Shown: piece after piece, positions 35,896 through 41,560 of the stretch
How positions within the stretch are numbered: position 1 is the stretch's first letter
Layout: every line of letters begins with the position of its first letter
IMG/VR virus record: IMGVR_UViG_3300020112_000115
Coordinates: 1-41,560 of that record
Source: a virus
Direction: 5' to 3' (one strand)
Length of the DNA stretch: 41,560 nucleotides
Made by a program: the position numbers and the translations under genes
Notes under the pieces: generated by a model
Databases searched by the model: none
Told to the model about the DNA's origin: nothing
The model's input: the letters and a program-made list of their open reading frames with translations, nothing else

Positions 35896-36896
35896 GCCAA
35901 CGCTTCACGAAGTTCTGAAACGGTCTTATGCGTGTAAACACGTTCACCAACTTCCTTTGATTTATGCCCCATTAGCATATCAATACACACTTTGTTAGCC
36001 CCTGCCGAATCAAGCCTTGATCTAAATGTGTGCCTACATTCATGGGGTGTGTGGGTCATGTTCAAGCCTTTCATGATCTGATTCCAGTATTCATAGTATT
36101 TGGTTGAACAGATGTGTTTTCCGTCAACGCTGAACAGGTATTCATTCCCTTCAGCATATCGGCATTTCACCAAAGGCTGAATCAGGGGGTGAACAGGTAC
36201 AATTCTGTTTTTGCCTGAAGCGGTCTTTGTACCGCCTTTCATAATCATTTGGTCAATGTCAATATCCGAACATTTCAGATTCAACAGTTCCGATATACGC
36301 CAACCCGAATAGATAAGGACTAAAACAGAATCAGCAAAGGGTTCATCTTTGATTTTCCAAAAGGCTTGAATTTCATCTTCAGTAAACGGTTTCTTTGTGG
36401 TTTCGGGTATCGGGTCAGACGTTATCAAATCTGAATAGGCTTTGTTGATTATGTCCAGTTCCAAAGCGAAACGGTCAAGGTGATGGAACAGCGCCTTGAT
36501 AGCGCCTTGGGTGCTGTATCCCTTTCCACAGTTATCAATGATTTCCTGCATATTGAATGATCTGACTTCCCTGTACTTCATTTCCCAAATGGGCTTCAGA
36601 TGGTTGAAAGCAGATTTTAAGCTATGTTGGTTAGATGTTCCCAACTTGGGAAGTTTGACTTGAACCCATTTTTCAAACAGTTCCTTTACCGTGATCTTCA
36701 CGGCATCAACGTTATACGGGTTCTTATTGTATTCGGCTAAGGCAATCAACCCTTCTTTTCTGGTTGCAAAATACCCGATTACATCATAGACAGGATAACC
36801 CTTATCATTGTACCCCTTTGTTTTCCTGACCACAAAAGGGCGGCGGCGGTTTCCTGATAGCTTGACAACTGAACCGTAACCGTTGGGATTCTTCAT
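35880..36896 (-). CDS. int: Tyrosine integrase with AP2-like N-terminal arm-binding domain
   Basis: Catalytic blocks 'RISELLNL', 'HECRHTFRS', 'LMGHKS' and 'VYTH'. N-terminus 'GYGSVVKLSGNRRRPFVVRKT'. Confidence 0.9.
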   Translation of the reverse strand: MKNPNGYGSVVKLSGNRRRPFVVRKTKGYNDKGYPVYDVIGYFATRKEGLIALAEYNKNPYNVDAVKITVKELFEKWVQVKLPKLGTSNQHSLKSAFNHLKPIWEMKYREVRSFNMQEIIDNCGKGYSTQGAIKALFHHLDRFALELDIINKAYSDLITSDPIPETTKKPFTEDEIQAFWKIKDEPFADSVLVLIYSGWRISELLNLKCSDIDIDQMIMKGGTKTASGKNRIVPVHPLIQPLVKCRYAEGNEYLFSVDGKHICSTKYYEYWNQIMKGLNMTHTPHECRHTFRSRLDSAGANKVCIDMLMGHKSKEVGERVYTHKTVSELREALALVTR

Positions 36897-36906
36897 AAAA
36901 TGCCCC

Positions 36907-37212
36907 TTTCGATTACAGATATACAGATTAACTACAGATTAAATAACCGCATCTGTATAGCCGAAAAGCCTTGTAAATAGGGCTTTTTTCTGTTAAATTA
37001 CAGATTATACAGATGTACCCACAACTTCTTTATATTTTTAGATTTTAGTTTTTGTGTGTTTCAAAAACTATTTTTCCTCTAAAAATATATATTATATAGG
37101 GGTTTATCTGTATATCTGTAATGAAATGCCCGAAAAGCCTTGAAAATACGGGCTTTTTGGCTATACAGATGGGTGGAACATCTGTAATTCATCTGTATAT
37201 ATCTGTAATGGT
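36907..37212. repeat. Module B: 12 TACAGAT/ATCTGTA motifs around an AT-rich core. Inverted paralogue of 11904..12272
   Basis: Forward motifs start at 36914, 36922, 36933, 36999, 37008 and 37164. Reverse motifs start at 36951, 37106, 37114, 37180, 37191 and 37201. Core palindrome TAGTTTTTG-tgtgttt-CAAAAACTA lies at 37046..37070. Two hairpins with T-tracts lie at 36964..36990 and 37128..37158. Confidence 0.9.
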
Positions 37213-37219
37213 GTGGGCG

Positions 37220-37248
37220 TTGCCAACGCTTCAAAAATCTGGTATAAT
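37220..37248 (+). promoter_or_regulatory. Sigma-70-type promoter TTGCCA-17-TATAAT (TG-extended)
   Basis: ttgcca (37220..37225), a 17-nt spacer ending in 'tgg', then tataat (37243..37248). Confidence 0.6.
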
Positions 37249-37254
37249 GAAGGG

Positions 37255-37334
37255 TGACAAAGCCCGTGTTCGTGGTTGTTCATGGTGCTGGGTCGTGCGC
37301 TTATTCAGGGTGGTAGCTGAATAAGCGCTTTTTG
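37255..37334 (+). ncRNA. Candidate small RNA of about 80 nt (promoter to intrinsic terminator)
   Basis: No credible ORF. Terminator stem gcgcttattcag / ctgaataagcgc (37297..37328) is followed by tttttg. Convergent with the 3' end of gene 37341..37904. Confidence 0.4.
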
Positions 37335-37340
37335 TTGTTT

Positions 37341-37904
37341 CTATCGTTTTTTCATCTTGGCATAGGCTACAAAGCAAAGAATCAAAGACGGTAGCAGGAA
37401 GAAGAAATTGCTGAACCCTAAGACCCCACCAACTACATACAGAATAGCGGCGGTTAAGGTTGCCCATTTAGCTGACATAAACCATGCAACAGCATTGAAT
37501 ATAACAGCAATGGAAGTAAGAATAATGTTCGGCATGAGCAAACCAAAACCTATAGCTGTTCCGATAGAATAACCTAATTCTTCAGCGGTTTCAGGGTTGG
37601 CGGTGCTTAGAGCATTGGAAGCGCTGTTGACGTTCGCTATTTGTGCAATGACGTAAATCAAAGCAAGTATCAGCGAAATAAGCAACAGAATGTTCTTTGA
37701 AGTAATGAAACCCTTCAAGCCACTATCAGAACGCTTCTGATTGACCTGTAAGCGCCTGTTCTGGGTTGGGTGTGTGTTTCCTTGCCTTTGCTGTTGAACT
37801 GGTGCAGGGCGTTTATAATACGCCTTACCACATTCGGGGCAACGGAAAGAATCACGGGTTAGGTAGCTGTTCGGGATGGGTGTTCCGCATTGTCTACAAT
37901 TCAT
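37341..37904 (-). CDS. Zn-ribbon plus multi-pass membrane protein (lysogeny-module accessory gene)
   Basis: 'CRQCG...CPECG' N-terminus, a basic linker, then about 4 TM helices. Co-oriented with the repressor. Confidence 0.65.
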   Translation of the reverse strand: MNCRQCGTPIPNSYLTRDSFRCPECGKAYYKRPAPVQQQRQGNTHPTQNRRLQVNQKRSDSGLKGFITSKNILLLISLILALIYVIAQIANVNSASNALSTANPETAEELGYSIGTAIGFGLLMPNIILTSIAVIFNAVAWFMSAKWATLTAAILYVVGGVLGFSNFFFLLPSLILCFVAYAKMKKR

Positions 37905-37908
37905 TGTG

Positions 37909-38304
37909 TCAACCTTCCTTTCTGTTCATTAAATCATTATCTCTATAAGCTGAAGCACATTTCAAATCTTCCATATAAGAAATGGCTTTAAGCTGATCTT
38001 CTTTAGCAAGCTGTAATAATAACTTCATTGCATCTGTTACATCTTTACCGTAAATAGATTGAATCTGACTGAAAAGGCGTGATTCTTCAACCTTCATTTT
38101 TACGGTATCTTCAGAAATAAGTTCAGAAGGACTAACCATAAAGATAGTTGCAAATTTCTTTATGGTGGACTGACTTACATCATTCTTCCCCAATTCAATC
38201 TTATTGATTGTTGATCTGGACTTATAACCCATTAAGGTAGCAAGTTGTTCTTGGGATAAGTGCTTAGCTTCCCGCAACTGTTTAATTTTTTCCCCGATTG
38301 TCAT
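37909..38304 (-). CDS. CI-like repressor (XRE-family HTH)
   Basis: 'IKQLREAKHLSQEQLATLMGYKSRSTINKIELGKN'. Divergent from the early promoter. Confidence 0.85.
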   Translation of the reverse strand: MTIGEKIKQLREAKHLSQEQLATLMGYKSRSTINKIELGKNDVSQSTIKKFATIFMVSPSELISEDTVKMKVEESRLFSQIQSIYGKDVTDAMKLLLQLAKEDQLKAISYMEDLKCASAYRDNDLMNRKEG

Positions 38305-38349
38305 TTTGTGAACCCTTCCTTTCTGACGGTTAGTAACAGTATATCACAT

Positions 38350-38368
38350 AATAGATTTTTAATCAACA
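38350..38368. promoter_or_regulatory. Degenerate operator (14/19 match to the palindromic operator)
   Basis: aatagatttttaatcaaca compared with tgtagatttcaaatctaca. Confidence 0.45.
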
Positions 38369-38395
38369 AAATTTTCGGAAATATCAAAAAAAGTA

Positions 38396-38424
38396 TTGAC
38401 AAATAATCTACACAGGATTATAAT
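38396..38424 (+). promoter_or_regulatory. Early promoter, consensus TTGACA-17-TATAAT
   Basis: ttgaca (38396..38401), 17-nt spacer, tataat (38419..38424). Confidence 0.8.
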
Positions 38425-38427
38425 ACA

Positions 38428-38446
38428 TGTAGATTTCAAATCTACA
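38428..38446. promoter_or_regulatory. Operator, perfect palindrome TGTAGATT-tca-AATCTACA
   Basis: Read directly. Lies immediately downstream of the -10 element. Confidence 0.8.
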
Positions 38447-38465
38447 CACGAAAGGCGGTCAGGAA

Positions 38466-38660
38466 ATGAAATATACTGAATACGGCTTACAGATTGGGCT
38501 TGATGAATTACGCAAAATGCTGGAATATGCTGAAAACCGTGCGAAGTATGGCAACATGGAAAGTTGTATCTATATCAAGGGTGGTGAAAAGCCAACTATC
38601 ACACAGTATTGTTCTTATGCTGAATGTAACCCGATAAACCATACATACCTTGCAAAATGA
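38466..38660 (+). CDS. First early gene, hypothetical (64 aa)
   Basis: RBS 'aaaggcgg'. No obvious HTH. Confidence 0.55.
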   Translation: MKYTEYGLQIGLDELRKMLEYAENRAKYGNMESCIYIKGGEKPTITQYCSYAECNPINHTYLAK

Positions 38661-38677
38661 AAGGGGTGGTGATCTGA

Positions 38678-38767
38678 ATGACAATTAAGGAAAAGCTGAT
38701 CTTGATGAAGCAGATTCAGGAACGGAATGAAAAGCGGATTCAGGAATACCAACAGAAACGGGCTTAA
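38678..38767 (+). CDS. Small hypothetical protein (29 aa)
   Basis: ATG follows 'aaaggggtggtga'. Translates to MTIKEKLILMKQIQERNEKRIQEYQQKRA. Confidence 0.35.
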   Translation: MTIKEKLILMKQIQERNEKRIQEYQQKRA

Positions 38768-38980
38768 AGCCCTTCCTAATGTGGCTGATCTGGTAACAGG
38801 TCAACGGTCAGAAGCCCGTGTAAACACAGACTGGGAACGAACCTTGACAATTACACATTGAAAGAACCATAGAGGACGGAAACAAGAGCGCAAGCGAAAC
38901 CCTACACAAACACAGCTTAGGGGCGGCGTGGTCTGTTGTCACTATGGATGTTCGCTAAGAACCTTGTTGGAATGTTATTC

Positions 38981-39005
38981 AGGGGCTTGAAATATAGCCC
39001 CTTCT
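38981..39005 (+). terminator. Hairpin (weak terminator) closing a 250-nt non-coding island
   Basis: aggggct-tgaaatat-agcccct. The T-tract is poor. Confidence 0.4.
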
Positions 39006-39030
39006 GTAAATATAGAAGAAGGTGATAATA

Positions 39031-39234
39031 TTGACGAATACAAGAAAGCTGAAAGCCCTGTTGGTTGAATATGGATTTACGCAGGGTGATGTTGCTAAGA
39101 AGCTGGGTATCACGGAACAGTCATTCAATGCAAAGCTGAATAACCGTAAAGAATTCAAGGCTACTGAAATCAAAGTTCTGGTTGAAGTGCTGAATATCGA
39201 AACCGAAGCAATCAACGATATTTTTTTTAACTAA
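39031..39234 (+). CDS. XRE/Cro-like HTH protein
   Basis: 'LKALLVEYGFTQGDVAKKLGITEQSFNAKLNN'. The start is TTG 39031 or GTG 39022. Confidence 0.7.
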   Translation: MTNTRKLKALLVEYGFTQGDVAKKLGITEQSFNAKLNNRKEFKATEIKVLVEVLNIETEAINDIFFN

Positions 39235-39236
39235 GA

Positions 39237-39255
39237 TGTAGATTATAAATCTACA
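39237..39255. promoter_or_regulatory. Second perfect operator TGTAGATT-ata-AATCTACA
   Basis: Same 8-bp half-sites as 38428..38446. Lies 800 bp downstream of the switch. Confidence 0.75.
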
Positions 39256-39276
39256 CTTGAATTGAGGTGTTACAAA

Positions 39277-39699
39277 ATGCCACATGAACTCTGGGAATTG
39301 AAACAAAAACAATCCCTTCCGTTTCAAGCAAAGGTGTATATGTCCATTGCAAGAATACGCCAATGGTATGATGCCTTTGACGGAAACGTGTATGTTTCCT
39401 TTTCAGGTGGGAAGGATTCAACGGTTCTTCTTCATTTAGTCAGGTCAATTTATCCTGATGTTCCTGCTGTTTACGTTGATACTGGACTTGAATACCCCGA
39501 AATAAAAGCCTTTGTGAAAACCTTTGACAACATAACCATTTTAAGACCTGAAATAAACTTCAGACAGGTTATTGAAAAATACGGTTATCCGATTATTTCA
39601 AAAGACGTTGCTAAGAAAGTTCATTATGCAAGAATGGGTTCTGATTGGGCTTTGAAATGCTTTGAAGGGGTCAACAAAGACGGCACACCTTCAGATTGA
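39277..39699 (+). CDS. PAPS reductase-like (adenine-nucleotide alpha-hydrolase) protein, N-terminal segment ending at an in-frame TGA
   Basis: PP-loop 'VSFSGGKDSTVLLHL'. ATG lies 7 nt after 'tgaggtg'. Confidence 0.75.
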   Translation: MPHELWELKQKQSLPFQAKVYMSIARIRQWYDAFDGNVYVSFSGGKDSTVLLHLVRSIYPDVPAVYVDTGLEYPEIKAFVKTFDNITILRPEINFRQVIEKYGYPIISKDVAKKVHYARMGSDWALKCFEGVNKDGTPSD

Positions 39700-39774
39700 C
39701 GAAAAGAACACTTTACCAGATGGAAGTTCTTAGTTGATGCTCCATTTGATATTTCGTCAAGCTGTTGTGACGTA

Positions 39775-40215
39775 ATGAAGAAAAGACCGATTCACAAATA
39801 CGATAAGGAAACTGGTTCAAAACCTTTCCTTGGAACATTGGCAAGTGAATCAGCGCAACGCCAACAGGCATGGTTACAGACTGGTTGCAATGCTTTTGAT
39901 TCAGCATACCAACACAGTAGCCCCTTATCCTTCTGGTTAGAACAGGATGTTCTTCAGTACATCAAAACCAATAATCTTCAGATTGCTTCAGTTTATGGTG
40001 AAGTTCAAGAGAAAGACGGAAAGCTGTTTACAACTGGTTTGGATAGAACAGGTTGTATGTTCTGTATGTTCGGCGCTCATTTAGAGAAATGCCCGAATAG
40101 ATTTCAGAAAATGGCACACACACACCCGTCAATCTATGAATATTGCTTGAAGCCCAAAGAAGAACATGGTTTAGGACTGAAAGAAGTTCTGGACTATCTG
40201 AAAATACCTTATTAG
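39775..40215 (+). CDS. PAPS reductase-like protein, C-terminal segment (same frame as 39277..39699, open from 39700)
   Basis: The frame is identical to the upstream segment. The conserved-looking 'WKFLVDAPFDISSSCCDVMKKRP' starts upstream of the first ATG. C-terminal Cys motif 'GCMFCMFG'. Confidence 0.7.
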   Translation: MKKRPIHKYDKETGSKPFLGTLASESAQRQQAWLQTGCNAFDSAYQHSSPLSFWLEQDVLQYIKTNNLQIASVYGEVQEKDGKLFTTGLDRTGCMFCMFGAHLEKCPNRFQKMAHTHPSIYEYCLKPKEEHGLGLKEVLDYLKIPY

Positions 40216-40232
40216 AAAGGAATGATAATATC

Positions 40233-40415
40233 ATGATGAAAACACGGTGTTCAATTCCTGAAGCGGCTGAAATCCTGAACTGTACCAAACAGTTTTTAAG
40301 GGTTTCCCTTCAGCGTGGTGTGTTTGATTTCGGTGTTGCGGTCAAGATGAACGGAAACCGATATACCTACTACATCAACCGTGAAAAGCTGATGGCGTAT
40401 GTTGGGCGGTGTTAG
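40233..40415 (+). CDS. Small HTH DNA-binding protein (excisionase/AlpA-like)
   Basis: 'SIPEAAEILNCTKQFLRVSLQRG'. ATG follows 'aaaggaatga'. Confidence 0.55.
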   Translation: MMKTRCSIPEAAEILNCTKQFLRVSLQRGVFDFGVAVKMNGNRYTYYINREKLMAYVGRC

Positions 40416-40417
40416 GT

Positions 40418-40717
40418 ATGCCCGAATATGAACGCCTGAAAGCTGAAGATTTGAATGATGAAGGTTGTTTAAGACTGATTGAAGCTATTGTTGGTAGTGC
40501 GGCTGATGAATGGCGTAATTGCCGATTGGCGCTTGCATTAGAACCAAATAACAGGCATAACCGTGAACACATGGATTACCTTGAAAAGTTCTTTCGGTCT
40601 GAATATTTCCATGATCTGACAAATCTTGACGGTGAATCAGTTCTGAAGAAACTTGAATCTGATTGGGTTGCTGATCGTAAGATGAAAGTTTCGGCTATCT
40701 TGCGTGGGGGGGTGTAG
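40418..40717 (+). CDS. Hypothetical protein
   Basis: ATG at 40418. Ends immediately before the SNF2 start codon. Confidence 0.5.
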   Translation: MPEYERLKAEDLNDEGCLRLIEAIVGSAADEWRNCRLALALEPNNRHNREHMDYLEKFFRSEYFHDLTNLDGESVLKKLESDWVADRKMKVSAILRGGV

Positions 40718-41560
40718 ATGATTCCTATTCAGTTTTACCCCTTTCAGCTTGAAGCCCTGAACGCAACTAAGAACAGAAACAGGGTTGCTTACTATTGTGA
40801 TATGGGTTTAGGAAAAACTTTCATTGGTGCTGAAAAGCTGGTTCGGCTTAGAAATGATACAAACCTTCTGGTTTGTCAGAAATCTAAGATTCAGGATTGG
40901 CTAACCCACTTCCAAACCTATTATCCTGAAGTAACCCTATGGGATTTGACAAAGCCCAAACAGCTAAGTGATTTTCTTTCACGTTATACGGCGTGGCATG
41001 GTTATCACGGTGCAGGGGTAGCGGTTGGGGTTATCAACTATGAATTGTGTTGGCGGCGGTCTGATCTGAAACGGCTGAACGGGTTCACCCTCCTACTGGA
41101 TGAATCAAGCCTGATTCAGAATGATACCGCAAAACGAACAAAGTTCATTCTTGATCTTACCCCCGAAAGTGTGATTCTTCTTTCAGGAACACCCACTTCA
41201 GGAAAGTATGAAAATCTTTGGTCACAGATTCACCTTTTGGGCTGGGATATTTCAAAGGAACTATACAACCGCCAATATGTGAATTGGGAAACGGTTGATA
41301 TAGACGGATTCCCTGTAAGGCGTGTGAACAAAGAAAACCCTTACAACCATGTTGACCGATTGAAGGAAAAGCTAAGAAGCAATGGGGCGTTTTTCAAGAA
41401 AACGGAAGAATGTTTTGAATTACCTGAACAGGTATTCATTCAGAATGTTGTTCCCGTAATTCCTGAATACAGAAAGTTCAGGCGTAAGAAAATTGTTACC
41501 GTCAATGATGCTGAATTGGTTGGTGATACGATTCTTACGGAACGGTTGTATTGTCGGGAA
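40718..41560 (+). CDS. SNF2/DEAD-like helicase, N-terminal part (continues into 1..600 across the circular junction)
   Basis: ATG at 40718. Motif I 'DMGLGKT' and motif II 'LLLDESS', plus 'LSGTP'. The frame is open to the window end and in phase with 1..600. Confidence 0.85.
   Translation, partial: MIPIQFYPFQLEALNATKNRNRVAYYCDMGLGKTFIGAEKLVRLRNDTNLLVCQKSKIQDWLTHFQTYYPEVTLWDLTKPKQLSDFLSRYTAWHGYHGAGVAVGVINYELCWRRSDLKRLNGFTLLLDESSLIQNDTAKRTKFILDLTPESVILLSGTPTSGKYENLWSQIHLLGWDISKELYNRQYVNWETVDIDGFPVRRVNKENPYNHVDRLKEKLRSNGAFFKKTEECFELPEQVFIQNVVPVIPEYRKFRRKKIVTVNDAELVGDTILTERLYCRE
41420..41560. repeat. Terminal overlap identical to bases 1..141 (circular-closure overlap)
   Basis: Read directly: 41420.. 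'ttacctgaacaggtattcattcag...' matches 1..141 base for base. The SNF2 reading frame continues across the junction. Confidence 0.95.

Larger units (their letters stand above)
1..41560. mobile_element. Complete circularly closed temperate siphovirus-like phage genome (unit length 41,419 bp)
   Basis: The window ends overlap by 141 identical bases. It holds a full set of lysogeny, replication, packaging, head, tail and lysis modules plus an integrase. Gene order is typical of Gram-positive temperate phages. Confidence 0.85.

Noticed and set aside
37121-37324. 67-aa plus-strand ORF
   Set aside because: It starts inside repeat module B and runs across a consensus promoter into a terminator stem. 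It has no RBS. The promoter/terminator pair is better explained as a small RNA.
38768-39005. Possible tRNA or tmRNA-like gene in the non-coding island
   Set aside because: No acceptor-stem/T-loop (GTTCRANYC) arrangement could be found by eye on either strand.
1-41560. Genome-wide stop-codon reassignment (TGA recoded) as the explanation for the split PAPS-reductase-like gene
   Set aside because: Many well-delimited genes end at TGA with the next gene starting in ATGA/TGA overlap (for example 598..600, 1047..1049 and 7480..7482). I saw no other gene with an internal in-frame stop.

Overview
The window is a complete, circularly closed genome of a temperate siphovirus-like phage. Bases 1-141 are identical to 41420-41560, so the unit length is 41,419 bp. 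Strong AGGAGG-type Shine-Dalgarno sites and TTG/GTG starts suggest a Gram-positive (Firmicutes-type) host.

Gene order on the circle:
- Lysogeny switch: CI-like repressor and a Zn-ribbon membrane protein on the minus strand, then a consensus early promoter with 19-bp palindromic operators.
- Early genes: HTH proteins and a PAPS-reductase-like gene.
- Replication and recombination: SNF2 helicase (spans the window ends), VRR-NUC, a Cas4-like/Sak4-like fusion, a DUF669 SSB-like protein, family-B DNA polymerase and a primase-helicase.
- Pyrimidine/folate cassette: dCTP deaminase, DUF3310, a ThyX-like protein and FolD.
- Late genes: DUF1492 late regulator, TerS/TerL, SPP1-type portal, MuF protein, scaffold, capsid, connectors, major tail protein, G/T chaperone with a -1 frameshift, tape measure, Dit, Tal and two fibre proteins.
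- Lysis cassette, then a tyrosine integrase on the minus strand.

Most notable observations:
1. A clean diversity-generating-retroelement signature. The 116-bp variable repeat at the 3' end of tail-fibre gene 31618..33132 differs from a non-coding template repeat 261 bp downstream at 25 positions. Every one of these is an adenine in the template. No ORF carries reverse-transcriptase motifs, and no gap is large enough to hold such a gene anywhere on the closed genome.
2. Two paralogous motif-dense modules of about 300-370 bp (11904..12272 and 36907..37212) lie in mutually inverted orientation. Each has 12 TACAGAT motifs in the same dyad-symmetric layout around an AT-rich core with a central palindrome. 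Together they split the circle into an early arc and a late arc.
3. The PAPS-reductase-like gene is interrupted by a single in-frame TGA.
4. A MuF head protein carries an HExxH C-terminal domain and is followed by a tiny acidic ORF, which resembles a toxin/immunity pair.
5. A candidate small RNA has a consensus promoter and an intrinsic terminator.

All functional calls come from motif recognition by eye. No database search was run.
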